A stretch of DNA of 63,888 nt, filler included, from Reclinomonas americana ATCC 50394 (Eukaryota): assembly GCA_048213135.1 (NCBI GenBank). It is 6 parts of 3 records of this genome, joined end to end, with 100 filler letters (N's around TTAATTAATTAA, not from the genome) between each part and the next. Parts side by side here need not be neighbours in the genome. Positions count along the whole stretch, not along the records: positions 8,134 to 21,602 come from PS015067.1; positions 21,703 to 35,678 come from PS015068.1; 4 more parts are not named here. The stretch is one strand, 5' to 3'. Both the position numbers and the translations under genes were made by a program. Every line of letters begins with the position of its first letter. Position 1 is the stretch's first letter. Positions 12,601 to 25,767 of the stretch are shown here, piece by piece. The notes under the pieces were generated by a model. That model searched no databases. It was given only the letters and a program-made list of their open reading frames with translations, and was not told the DNA's origin.

Positions 12601-15160
12601 CGCGTCAGTGGTGGGTCGTCTGGTCGAGGGCCAGCTCTTTGATGTGCTCATCTCGGCCACTCGCCTTACCCGCGGCAAATTCGGTGTCGTCGAGGAGGGG
12701 CAGAAGGAGGAGAGTGTCCGCACGGTGGGTTCACGAACGAGCAGAGCGACTCTGTTTGTCTCGCATCCGTTGCTCACTTGTTATCGCGCGCACAGAGCAT
12801 GACGCAAGCGGTGGAGAGTCTAGCTCTGTTGGTGGCCAGCAAGGACTCTGCACCGCCGCCGGAGCTGGTCGTGAATCTGTTCACGCTCTTGGTACAAGCA
12901 GTCGCCGACGAGGAGAATGCGGATTCTGAGGCGCTGCAGATTGCCGCACTGTGGGGTCTGCAAGCACTCTCCCGGTCGCCGTCACTGAAGGGTCTCAAGG
13001 CGCAACGAGTGGCTGCGTGCACTCTGCCGGTGCTCGCCGCCAAGTTTGTGGGTCTCATCGACGCCGGCGGCTACTCAAAACCCGAGATCGATGATGAGGA
13101 CGCCATTCTTGTCGTTCGGTGAGTGATATTGTTGTTGTTGCTGCTGCTGCTGTCGCGCAAGGCTCACTGCAGGTGTGATGACAGTCGACCCAATGGCGGT
13201 GACGACGATGACGATGACTCGGACGATGAGAGCTCGATCACGGTCGACATGAGCGGCGTCAGTTGCGCGTTGGTGGTATGAGTGAGAGTGTGCGGATATA
13301 TTTTTTGCTGACGCTGTGGGTGCAGAGCCACCAAGTCAACCGGCCGTGCCTTCGTCCATCGATTTTGTGACGGCGCAGGTGGCCAGCATGGCCAACATCG
13401 CCGCCGCTCTGCTTCGTCTCTTGCCCGAGTCGGCCGCCGCGACCTTCTTGCCGACGTTTGCCAGTCTTGCCATGTGCGTCCGAGCATGCACCCAATCCGT
13501 AGTTCTCCGCTCACACCGCTGCTGCGCCTTCTGCCAGGTCATTTGCCGGCATGCACCCAGCTGCAGCTGCGCTGTTCCACGCCTTGTGTCACGACACTTT
13601 GCACTCGTTCCTTCCCGCCGCTCCAATGTTGGCAGGTGTGCTTGAATTCGAGCGCCTGTGTGTTTTGTCGGTGTTGTCATCGTTGCTCAACCGTACAATA
13701 ATTGCCAGCTGGCCTGGCCACTGTGGCTCCGCCGTCGGAGGAGTTGCTGGAGAACTTGACGGAATCGCTGCCGAACTTGCCGGCGAAGGATCCGAGCTCG
13801 GCGTACATTGTGGATGCCACGGTGGCTGCCATTGCCGACTCGAAGGGCATTCTTGACGTTGAGTGCCAGTGTACTATGCCGTGCATTCACCACTCCTCCA
13901 CCCCTCACCTGTCGATTTCGTGCAGGAGACGAATGGCGAGGCCCTTGTGGAGGCCGCGTTGGAGTGGATCGAGTCGAACGCTTCGCAGTGGAAGACTTGC
14001 GACTGTGGTCACGCGCTGGCGTACATTGCTTCTGCTGTCGGTCGAGTTGCTGCGGCTGGGTTTGCACTCGACGAGGATGCATCGCCCGTGGATCTCGTGT
14101 TCCGCCTGGCGTCGCTGCTGGAGGTCGACGACGACGAGTTTGAGGAGGACGCCGAGGGTGTGGTGCTGATTAGCCGACGCGAAACCGCTGCCGCCTCCCT
14201 GGGCCTAATGTCACCGTCGGTGGCGAGATCGGCCATGGTCACTGCCGCGCGTGCTCTCATGCAAAAGGTGTGTGTTGTGCGCACTCAATCAAATCACGGT
14301 CGCTTATGCTCTGAACAATTGACGCTCGCGATCGGTGCAGTCTGGCGCGGTCGAGCGCGTGCTTGAAGCACTGCTGGCGGCCATCGCTCACGGCGAGGAG
14401 TGCAAGGGCGCTTCGGTGGAGCAGTCGGCCCTGATGTTGCACTTGCTTCTGCAGCAGGATGCCTCGTTGTTGCCGCACGAGAACGATGCGATCAAGCAGA
14501 ATGTCGGTGCGTGCAGCGTCAATATGATCAGCGGCGCGCGCCTTCACTGCTCACTTACTACTTTGTGTTGTGAACCGCGGTAGAGCGCCTGGCTCGTCGT
14601 CTCCTGTCGACCACGGAGCAATCGGAGGCCAGCGCTGCGCTGTCACTGTCGGCGAGTTGTCTGGCCGACACGGCGACTCTGCTGTCGACCGATTTCGCCA
14701 CTCCGTTGATCTCGCTGGCCGCCACCAAGTGGCTCCGCTCGTGGCACCTGGGCTGGCCATCGACGCAGTTGGCCCTGGCCGCGTACACGGCTCTGCGGCT
14801 GGCGCCCCATGCACCCCTGCCTGTCGGTTCGCGTTTTGTTTCTTGAAACGGTATTCCTTTTGTCCTCAGTACTGACACACACGCGCACGTGAGTGCAGCA
14901 TTCGCGCAAGCCTTGGCCGACATCCTGGCCGACGAAGACTGTGGCGACTCCAAAGCTCCACTGCTGTCGATTGTGCACCGCATGCAACCGGTGGATGGTT
15001 GCGTCCGTGTTTTTTTCTTGCACGGCTTCCCCACACACTGTCGTGTTTTCTCCCTATTAACTCGCGTATAACAGCGTCCGCACCACCGCGGTTCCTGCCC
15101 TCGCCGACCCCCGTGTCGGCACAAAGCAATGAGACGTTTGCCAAGGTCGCCGCGCAATGA
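9633..15160 (+). CDS. Large HEAT/ARM-repeat (karyopherin-like) protein, many short exons
   Basis: Continuous amphipathic helical repeats (e.g. YVRQYAVRALVRIL, DVRKHNARLLCAF, RRETAAASLGLM) with acidic loops (DDDDDSDDE, EVDDDEFEED); stop TGA at 15158-15160. Confidence 0.65.
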
Positions 15161-15242
15161 GAAGAATGTGACAAAAATGAACAACAAACATTAGAAGGTC
15201 AATCAATCAACAAACACTTTGTGGAACCAGCGAGCGACGACG

Positions 15243-15982
15243 ATGTACGACTACGCTCTGGCCCTGCGCACACTTGGCCTGTGCACCTTCTTCCTCTTCT
15301 TCAAGGTCACTCTCATCTCTGTGTGCGTTGTGCGTTGTGCATCAACACGCATCTGACAAGAATACACTCACACACACACAGATGTGGGCCACTGGCTTCT
15401 ACACCGCTTACCACCGACGCAAGGAAGGCCGCCCAGCTGCACCTGAAGTTGCGTGCACATGCTCTGTGTACGTGTCGATGATGATCACAACACTCAGTGC
15501 ATGCATTCTTGCAGGACCGACGCCGTGATGCACAGCTGCTGGCGGCCGAGGGTGGTGCCGCCACGACATATGCCACTGGGGGTGCAGGTGCGCCCGCAGC
15601 CGGCGGCGCAGACATGTCATATGTGGAGCGCGGAGTGGCGATGTACAGGTCAGAGAAGAGAGAGAGAGAGTTTTTCCGATGCAGGAGGTGCTCATTGTGC
15701 ATGCTCCTCAGAAACGATCTGGAGAACATCCCCATCTTCCTCATCATTGCCGTGTTGCTGGTGCTGAGCAGCCTGGTGGGCTTGGATTTCCGGGAGGATT
15801 CGAACCCGGCACCGGCGCAAGTCGCCTACTTTATCATCTTTACAGTGGCGCGGTATGCGCACTCGGTGTGCTACCACTTTGCCTTGCAGCCGTGGCGCAC
15901 TGTGGCCTTTGCGGCGGGTGTTGGCATGTCGTTTGCAGCTGCCATTCAGCTCTGCGTGCAAGTGTTCAACATTGTCTCGTGA
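15243..15982 (+). CDS. MAPEG family (MGST1/PTGES-like) membrane protein, copy 1
   Basis: LFFK|MW..RPAAPE|D..VERGVAMYR|NDLENIPIF..FTVARYAHS..LQPWR; three introns restore the frame. Confidence 0.92.
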
Positions 15983-16174
15983 ACTTTGTCTCTCTCTCTC
16001 CACGTGCACGTGCACGTGGCCTTCTCAGTCACCTTCCTCGCGAGTTAATATCATAAACCTCTCGATTCTACGACCTTGGTCAGTCTCCGCAGTCAGCGCG
16101 AGACAAGTTCCGACATCGAACTCCGAGAAACAACAACAATCAATAAACACCAAGTGAGAGCGCACGCACCACAC

Positions 16175-16846
16175 ATGACATTCGACATCCAACTCGACAT
16201 CCGCACGCTCACCGTGTGCACCTTCTTGCTCTTCGTAAAGGTACTGTGCCTCGCAGCGTGCATGTGACGCGCCTCTCTGTCTGCCTGACAAAGTTCGTGT
16301 GCAGATGTTTGGCGTCGGCATCTACACGGGCGTCGCTCGTCGCTCTGAGGGACGACCAGCGGCACCGGAGGTGAGTCTGCGCTCTTTCGTTGCCTTGCAC
16401 TCCTCTGCAGTCTGCTCACCGAGAATGCACTGGCGAAGGACGCACGCAATGCATCGACGGCCACTCGCAACGAGGCTCTCGTTTCCGGTGGAGGCGACTC
16501 GAACCCGGCGACCGCGTACGGTCGCGTGGGCAGTGGAGCGGCGCCCGCTGCCAGCATCTCGTCAAAGGTGGACCGCGCTCAAGCCATGCATCGGAACGAT
16601 CTGGAGAACATCCCCATCTTCCTCCTCATCGCAATCCTGCTGTACATCACCAGCAACGCCGACTCATCGGCTTCGGCGCACGTGGCCTACTACATCATCT
16701 TCACTGTCGCGCGTTTTGCACACTCGTTCGCTTTTGCGCTGCAGTTGCAACCGTGGCGGAGCATCTCGTATGTCATGGGCTTGTCCGTGACGTTTGCCGC
16801 CGGCATCCACGCCATGGTGCAAGCGTTCAACGTCTCCGCTCTCTGA
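16175..16846 (+). CDS. MAPEG family (MGST1/PTGES-like) membrane protein, copy 2
   Basis: LFVK|MF..RPAAPE|D..VDRAQAMHRNDLENIPIF..FTVARFAHS..LQPWR. Confidence 0.92.
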
Positions 16847-16943
16847 CAGAGTACGATGTTGTGGAGATGATAATTCTTCCATGAAACAATTAGTTGCTGT
16901 CGTCTTTACACACTTTTTACATCGTGGTTGCATGCCGATCTTG

Positions 16944-19900
16944 TTAAACCAAGCCAGCGGCGACCTCGAGAGATCGACCCGCCGCGCCCTGAGTGTACAG
17001 GCACGACACCTCAGCCGCCGTCAGCGGCCGAGCCCACACCGCAAAGTCGTCAACGTCGGCCGAGGCGCTGTACACACCACGACCATCGGCACCGATAAAA
17101 GTCGAATAGTTGTTGGTGCTGTCCAGCCACTCGGTGCCGGTGTTGCCGATTGCACCAGTGCCCACATTCACGCCGTCGCGGTACGCTGTCACGCGATTCG
17201 CCGCACGGTCGAATGTCGCCACAACATAGTGCCACTGTCCGTCGCGAACCTCGGCACCAATGTCGATACGAGGCATGCCAGAGGCACGCGAGTTGAGGAA
17301 TGTGGCGTACGATGTGCTGAAGATCCAGCCAGTATTCGCACCAGAATACCAGTCCTTGTTGGAGAACAGCGCCGAATCAATGGTGGACGTGGTTCGAATC
17401 CAGGCGCCCACGGTGAAGCCGGCCACTTCGGTGCGGAACACCGGGGCCAAGCTGGTGCCGAATGTCACTGCCCAGTCGTTGGCGTAATTCGAATAGCTGG
17501 CAGTGTTGCGGAACGAGGCGGCTTGACCGAACCGACCAGCGATGTATCGCGCGGAACCAGTGCCGTTGGGAGCGATAGTGCCCGCCAGGGTGGTGGCGGG
17601 GCCGGCGGCCAGGTTGCCGTCGAACTTGAGGTATGCACGCAAGCCGGTGCCTGCGCTCGGGCACGTGATGGCCGACACCGTGTCGCATCGGGCACCGGTG
17701 AAGCCGGCCTTGCACACGCACTGACCAGTGCTGGAACACGAGGTCGTGTTGGCGGTGACACAGTTGCAAGCCACACAAGTCACAGTGCTCGCGCTGCAGT
17801 ACGTGTTGGCGGGGCATGTGATGCCCGAGCAGGTTGGCGCTGCAAGGCCAGCAGCAACTGGAGGACACAAGAAGAAGATGAAACGACATTGATGTTAGTC
17901 ACCAACAATTCGGCGAAGCAGGCATCGGCAAAACATGCAATGCTACGAAACTCTCCAGCGACCGACCCGCCGCGCCCTGAGTGTACAGGCACGACACCTC
18001 AGCCGCCGTCAGCGGCCGAGCCCACACCGCAAAGTCGTCCACGTCGGCCATGGCGCCGTACACACCACGACCATCGGCACCGATAAAGGTCGAGTAGTTG
18101 TTGGTGCTGTCCAGCCATTCGGTGCCGGTGTTGCCGATCGCACCAGTGCCCACATTCACGCCGTCGCGGTACGCTGTCACGCGATTCGCCGCACGGTCGA
18201 AAGTCGCCACAATGTAGTGCCACTGTCCGTCGCGAACCTCGGCACCAATGTCGATACGCGACATGCCAGAGGCACGCGAGTTGAGGAATGTGGCGTACGA
18301 TGTGCTGAACACCCAGCCGGTATTCGCGCCCGAGTACCAGTCCTTGTTGGAGAAAAATGTGGAGTCGTTGGTGGACGTGGTGCGAACCCACGCGCCCACT
18401 GTGAAGCCGGCCACTTCGGTGCGGTACACCGAGGCCAAGCTGGTGCCGAATGTCACTGCCCAGTCGTTGGCATAATACGAGGAGCTGGCAGTATTGCGGA
18501 ACGAGGCGGCCTNNNNNNNNNNNNNNNNNNNNNNNNNNNNNNNNNNNNNNNNNNNNNNNNNNNNNNNNNNNNNNNNNNNNNNNNNNNNNNNNNNNNNNNN
18601 NNNNNNNNNNNNNNNNNNNNNNNNNNNNNNNNNNNNNNNNNNNNNNNNNNNNNNNNNNNNNNNNNNNNNNNNNNNNNNNNNNNNNNNNNNNNNNNNNNNN
18701 NNNNNNNNNNNNNNNNNNNNNNNNNNNNNNNNNNNNNNNNNNNNNNNNNNNNNNNNNNNNNNNNNNNNNNNNNNNNNNNNNNNNNNNNNNNNNNNNNNNN
18801 NNNNNNNNNNNNNNNNNNNNNNNNNNNNNNNNNNNNNNNNNNNNNNNNNNNNNNNNNNNNNNNNNNNNNNNNNNNNNNNNNNNNNNNNNNNNNNNNNNNN
18901 NNNNNNNNNNNNNNNNNNNNNNNNNNNNNNNNNNNNNNNNNNNNNNNNNNNNNNNNNNNNNNNNNNNNNNNNNNNNNNNNNNNNNNNNNNNNNNNNNNNN
19001 NNNNNNNNNNNNNNNNNNNNNNNNNNNNNNNNNNNNNNNNNNNNNNNNNNNNNNNNNNNNNNNNNNNNNNNNNNNNNNNNNNNNNNNNNNNNNNNNNNNN
19101 NNNNNNNNNNNNNNNNNNNNNNNNNNNNNNNNNNNNNNNNNNNNNNNNNNNNNNNNNTTGGCCGTTGCTCGAGCATGAAGCCGTGTTTGCCAACGTGCAC
19201 TGGCAGGGAACACTGAAAGTGGCACAGTCGACAGTCAGCTGCAGTGGCGGCCAAGTGCGACGCATGCATCGATCACACGTACCAAGTTACGGTGTTGGCG
19301 TTGCAGTACGAGTTCGTCGGGCAAGACAAATTGGCACACGTGTTGGCTGCGCAACGCTGCAAATGTTGAGAAACAAACGAACGTATGAACAAGGCTCACA
19401 ACTTGGCACGCAACTGCCACCAGTCAGCCCAGCAGCGGCTGTGAAGTGACGTGGAAGAAGGCGATGTGTGAGCGAATGAGTGGATGGACATCGACAAGCA
19501 AATTCATGCACAAACCTTCCAACGACTTGCCAAGCGCTCCTTGCTGCGCCAGACACGAGACCTCAGAAGCCGAAAGCGGACGTGACCACACGGCAAAGTC
19601 GTCGACGTCGGCGTTGGTTCCCCAGTATCCGCGACCGTCGGCGCCAAGGAATGTTGAGTAGTTGCTGGTGCTGTCAAGCCACTCGGTACCGACAGTTCCG
19701 ATCGCACCAGTGCCGACACTCACGCCATCGCGGTATGCCGTCACGAGATTAGCCGCACGGTCAGCAGTCAGCACCAAGTGATGCCACTGGCCGTCGCGTG
19801 ACTCGGTACCAAGGTCGACACGGGTCATGCCAGAGGCACGAGCGTTGGCAAAGGCGACATTCTTGGAGTTGAACGCCCAACCAGTGTTGGAACCAGAGTC

Positions 19901-21602
19901 CCAGCTCTTGTTGGAGATAATGGCCGAGTCTACCGTCAGCGTGGTGCGCACCCACGCCGATACGGTGAACCCGCCACCGAGCCGGTACGCGTCGGCGAGA
20001 TTTGTGCCGAGCGTGATGGCCCAGTCGGCCGTGGCTGCCGACGATGCCTTGGCGTTGCGGAACGCAGCAGCCTGGCCAAAGCGACCAGCCGTGTAGCGCG
20101 CCGTGGCGGTGCCGAGTGCAGCAACTGATCCCGACACCGTGGTCGTGCCCGCCGCTGTCAGATCGCCATCGAGCTTGAGGTACGCCTGCAACCCACTGGC
20201 GGTGCTCTTGCAGAACGCCGTCGTCACCGTGCCGCAGTCGATACCCTCCCATCCGAACTTGCACTGACACTCTCCAGTGGCGCTACATTGCACCGTGTTG
20301 TTCTTGATGCATTGGCAAGGCAAGCTGATGGGACAAGAGAAACCATCAACACAAAGAAACACCACCAATCACGCCCTCTTTGTGCACGCACCATGTGCCC
20401 GTGTCGGGATTGCAGTAGTTATCCGTGGCGCACGTCACACCGACACAGTGATTGACTGCGATGCAAACCGCACTGCAGTGAGCACAGAAGAATCTGTAGA
20501 GTGCAACACAGACTGCGTACGCAACTGTTGGACAGTGTCAGCGACAGCGTGTACATCTGAATGTCGGAGGCCACAGTGGGATCCGTGAACACACGAATGT
20601 AGTACGGTCCACCACCGCCAGGCAGCAAAAACTCAGNNNNNNNNNNNNNNNNNNNNNNNNNNNNNNNNNNNNNNNNNNNNNNNNNNNNNNNNNNNNNNNN
20701 NNNNNNNNNNNNNNNNNNNNNNNNNNNNNNNNNNNNNNNNNNNNNNNNNNNNNNNNNNNNNNNNNNNNNNNNNNNNNNNNNNNNNNNNNNNNNNNNNNNN
20801 NNNNNNNNNNNNNNNNNNNNNNNNNNNNNNNNNNNNNNNNNNNNNNNNNNNNNNNNNNNNNNNNNNNNNNNNNNNNNNNNNNNNNNNNNNNNNNNNNNNN
20901 NNNNNNNNNNNNNNNNNNNNNNNNNNNNNNNNNNNNNNNNNNNNNNNNNNNNNNNNNNNNNNNNNNNNNNNNNNNNNNNNNNNNNNNNNNNNNNNNNNNN
21001 NNNNNNNNNNNNNNNNNNNNNNNNNNNNNNNNNNNNNNNNNNNNNNNNNNNNNNNNNNNNNNNNNNNNNNNNNNNNNNNNNNNNNNNNNNNNNNNNNNNN
21101 NNNNNNNNNNNNNNNNNTCAGCAACTCGGCAGTGCCGGCAGGGTTGCCGTTGACCAGCGCCAGCTGCGTGACACCATCGGGTCCGAGCACGCTGAAACCG
21201 AGGTTCAGATGATTGTTGGGGTCGTATGGCGATCCAGACGGGCACGAGCCGCTCTGCACCGCGAACAGATACGGCGCGACACCCGGCGGCGAGAGGCGGA
21301 TGGTGGCCAGCTCCGCAAACGTGGTGAACTTGAAGTAGTCCACGTCGGCAGGCACATCAATGCTGCCGGTAATGACAGTCGGTGTTGTGCTGCGCACCAA
21401 CGCACCGAGCGAGGTGGCCGTGGCGGGCGTGTCGTTGTCCTCTGCAGCCAGAGAGCAAGTGAGTGTGACGTGCAGCGCAGTGCGTGCGTGGAGACGCAGC
21501 GGTTACGTGACGCACCATTCGGGTCACCGTACTGCCGCTGCGCGCCAAGTGTGTCGTCCAACTGAGGACCGTCAAACGCCGTGGAAATGTACGGCTGGAC
21601 GG
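16944..21602 (-). CDS. Secreted multidomain protein: matrixin-like C-terminal segment, PPC domain, EGF-like repeats, three LamG/ConA-like domains (5' end missing)
   Basis: PYISTAFDGPQLDDTLGAQRQYGD; EDNDTPATATSL..GSIDVPADVDYFKFT..PYYIRV; CSSTGQCVCKAGFTGARC; AYLKFDG..FTVGAWIRT..DGQWHYVVATFD..YRDG..VDDFAVWARPLTAAEV. Confidence 0.85.
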
Positions 21603-21702
21603 NNNNNNNNNNNNNNNNNNNNNNNNNNNNNNNNNNNNNNNNNNNNTTAATTAATTAANNNNNNNNNNNNNNNNNNNNNNNNNNNNNNNNNNNNNNNNNN
21701 NN

Positions 21703-24130
21703 GGTCTTGCACACGCACTGACCGGTGCTGGAGCATGAGGTCGTGTTGGCCGCCACGCAGTTGCATGTTGTGCAGGCGAAGGTAGTCGGGTTGCAGTACG
21801 AGTTGGTCGGGCACGTCACCACAGAGCACGACGTCGGCTGGCTGCAGTCGCTACCGCCATAACCAGTCTTGCACACACATTGGCCGGTACTGGAGCATGA
21901 GGCCGTGTTGGTCGAGTTGCACTGGCACGGGACGCTGCGCCATTGTCAGCAACGTCAACGAGGTGATTGGCACACGAAGCACAGCACCACAAATACAACG
22001 CACCAAGTAATCGTGCTCGAGTTGCAGTACGAGTTGGCGGGACATGTCACCACAGAGCACGACGTCGGCTGGCTGCAGTCGATGCCGCCGTAACCAGCCT
22101 TGCACACACACTGGCCGGTGCTCGAGCACGAAGCCGTGTTTGCCAACGTGCACTGGCAGGGAACACTGAAAGTGGCACAGTCGACAGTCAGCTGCAGTGG
22201 CGGCCAAGCGCGACGCATGCATCGATCACACGTACCAAGTTACGGTGTTGGCGTTGCAGTACGAGTTCGTCGGGCAAGACAAATTGGCACACGTGTTGGC
22301 TGCGCAACGCTGCAAATGTGAGACACAAACGAACGCCCAAGGCTCACAATTATGCACGCAACTGATACTTGGAAGTCCAGCAGCGGCTGTGAGGTGACGT
22401 GGAAGAAGGCAATGTGTGAGCGAATGAGTGGATGAACGCCAGCAAGCAGGTGTATGCACAAACCTTCCAACGACTTGCCAAGCGCTCCTTGCTGCGCCAG
22501 ACACGAGACCTCAGAAGCCGAAAGCGGACGTGACCACACGGCAAAGTCGTCGACGTCGGCGTTGGTTCCCCAGTATCCGCGACCGTCGGCGCCAAGGAAC
22601 GTCGAGTAGTTGCTGGTGCTGTCAAGCCACTCGGTACCGACAGTTCCGATCGCACCAGTGCCGACACTCACGCCATCGCGGTATGCCGTCACGAGATTAG
22701 CCGCACGGTCTGCAGTCAGCACCAAGTGATGCCACTGGCCGTCGCGTGACTCGGTACCAAGGTCGACACGGGTCATGCCAGAGGCACGAGCGTTGGCAAA
22801 GGCGACATTCTTGGAGTTGAACGCCCAACCAGTGTTGGAACCAGAGTCCCAATTCTTGTTGGAGATGATGGCCGAGTCTACCGTCAGCGTGGTGCGCACC
22901 CACGCCGATACGGTGAACCCGCCACCGAGCCGGTACGCGTCGGCGAGATTTGTGCCGAGCGTGATGGCCCAGTCGGCCGTGGCTGCCGACGATGCCTTGG
23001 CGTTGCGGAACGCAGCAGCCTGGCCAAAGCGACCAGCCGTGTAGCGCGCCGTGGCGGTGCCGAGTGCAGCAACTGATCCCGACACCGTGGTCGTGCCCGC
23101 CGCTGTCAGATCGCCATCGAGCTTGAGGTACGCCTGCAACCCACTGGCGGTGCTCTTGCAGAACGCCGTCGTCACCGTGCCGCAGTCGATACCCTCCCAT
23201 CCGAACTTGCACTGACACTCTCCAGTGGCGCTACATTGCACCGTGTTGTTCTTGATGCATTGGCAAGGCAAGCTGATGGGATACAAGAGAAACCATCAAC
23301 ACAAAGAAACAGCTATCACACTCTGTGTGTGTGTGCACGCACCACATGCCCGTGTCGGGATTGCAATAGTTATCCGTGGCGCACGTCACACCGACACAGT
23401 GATTGACTGCGATGCAAACCGCACTGCAGTGAGCACAGAAGAATCTGTAGAGTGCAACACAGACTGCGTACGCAACTGTTGGACAGTGTCAGCGACAGCG
23501 TGTACATCTGAATGTCGGAGGCCACAGTGGGATCCGTGAACACACGAATGTAGTACGGTCCACCACCGCCAGGCAGCAAAAACTCGGNNNNNNNNNNNNN
23601 NNNNNNNNNNNNNNNNNNNNNNNNNNNNNNNNNNNNNNNNNNNNNNNNNNNNNNNNNNNNNNNNNNNNNNNNNNNNNNNNNNNNNNNNNNNNNNNNNNNN
23701 NNNNNNNNNNNNNNNNNNNNNNNNNNNNNNNNNNNNNNNNNNNNNNNNNNNNNNNNNNNNNNNNNNNNNNNNNNNNNNNNNNNNNNNNNNNNNNNNNNNN
23801 NNNNNNNNNNNNNNNNNNNNNNNNNNNNNNNNNNNNNNNNNNNNNNNNNNNNNNNNNNNNNNNNNNNNNNNNNNNNNNNNNNNNNNNNNNNNNNNNNNNN
23901 NNNNNNNNNNNNNNNGAGAGAGAGAGAGAGAGAGAGCAAGGCGTACCGAGTTGCGCATGGGCGTTACTGGTATGTGTTCTTTGCGTGGGGCGGGACATGG
24001 AAGCAATCTCTCACCTTCGTACCCGCGACCGCTGGCTGTGCACAGCAGTAGTACCAGCGCGACTGCCACGACAATAAGCGATGGCGCAGTGAAGCGGGTG
24101 TTGTGTCGAGTTGTTGCAGAGGGGCTCATG
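21703..24130 (-). CDS. Second copy of the PPC/EGF/LamG secreted protein, with signal-peptide exon (partial)
   Basis: MSPSATTRHNTRFTAPSLIVVAVALVLLLCTASGRG signal-like exon; 22112-23587 closely matches 19159-20636; extra EGF repeats at 21703-22110. Confidence 0.75.
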
Positions 24131-25350
24131 AGCGTCGCGCGCGTCGCCGTTCGAATTCGTAAAAATGTCTGCAGAACTTTCTGCGCACAGCAGCATGCAT
24201 GAGATGCACGCCGTGGGAGCGAAAAAAGTGCATAGATGTCAGACCTGTGTGAGTGTGGGTAGTGTGCCACCGCTCGCAAGGGAGATTAAAAACAAAGTTA
24301 CCGCTCACCCGACCCGGACTTCGTTTTATGTGTGGCCGAGATCAAATTGAAGCGCATCACCGCCTCCAACCGAGTGCCGAGATGCAACACCCCTCTGTGA
24401 TGTGCGCGTGTTCATCTGCACGCGGAAGAAAGCGAGCGCAACGGAGAGAGTGAGAGGGAAAGATCGAAGGATAAAATTTTGGTACACGTACCATGCATTG
24501 CGCACGCCAGCACGCAAAATGTTGCCTTTTCCGGATGCTGGTTTTCAAATCAAGTGTGTGTGTCAGGAGCGGTCGGTTGGGAGGAGGTTGTTGGAGGGAG
24601 CCGGTAGACTTGCGGGTGCAGGGGTGGAAGCGGACATGTGCGTGCACGCGAACCGAAAGCGAATCGTGCGAGATTGAAGGCCTGCGAATTCGAATTGACA
24701 AGCATATTACTGTACGCTGCACGATCGATCGATACACTGTGGAACCGCACGCTGCGGTCATGCGCGAGCTGAAAGTCAATTAATGAGAACAACAACAAAT
24801 TCACCAACAAACAAGCAACAGCTGTCTTGATGACCAAGTTCAACCGTGTCCAAAACATCAACTCAGACACCAATCTTGACGGATCCAGATCCACAACCCG
24901 GCTTTGCACTTGCTTGCAATAGCGATCATCATGCAGCTTTGTTGCTGTTTGGATTAGTAAAGTTGTTGTTGTCTCGGTATTTTCCGGAAGATTCGATGTG
25001 CCGTAGTGCAACTGCGATTCTATCTGCAATCGCGGCAAGCTGAAGGCTGTTTAGCTACGCAGCGCTTCTCTGCGTGCGCATGCGCTGCGGTGAATTCGAA
25101 ATTCGAATTCCGGATCCGATCGCGATCGCGAGAGCGGACGCAAGCAAACCTCCCTCTGCCCTCAAGTCGTGTTTGTGTCGATCAATACTCTGGACATCGT
25201 TGGACTCCATCAGCAAGACAGCTGTTGCTTGTCGGTGCTGTCATTCTCGCGAAGTGCAATGCTGGCGTAAATTTCATCGTCCGAAGTGTTGGACCAACGC
25301 CCATCGCTCACCCATCACATCACCCTCGCTGTCTCGCGCACATCGCCTTC

Positions 25351-25699
25351 ATGAGCTTCATAGAGCGACAGGAGCGCACTGCGCAACTGGTGGCCGACTC
25401 AAAACACGTGTTTGCCTCGCTCGTGAGAGAGTTCTGTCACAAACTCGCCCGTCTTGTATCTGTCTCTCTCACTCTCTCACACTCACACACCCCGCCACAG
25501 ACGTGAAACACACGACTTTCTCCAACAAGTGCGCGCTCGCAAAATCTACACAAACATCAATCATGGCGATACCTCCTCGTCGGGGTACGCACACTGAGTG
25601 TGACTCTCATCTCACTCTTACCTCGCCTCACTATCGCACTCTCCACAGCATTGTGGCATCACCACTGCCCATTCTCCCACTGCGAGCACCACTGGTGAG

Positions 25700-25767
<68 letters not shown>

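Noticed and set aside
15448-15514. Non-GT (TT-AG) introns at G/TTGCG sites
   Set aside because: Reading frames are restored only when cleavage precedes the G, giving standard GT-AG boundaries.
16794-18086. 430-aa plus-strand ORF
   Set aside because: Antisense shadow of GC-rich LamG exons, with no recognisable motifs.
24550-25038. 162-aa minus-strand ORF
   Set aside because: Non-ATG start, atypical composition and no family motif.
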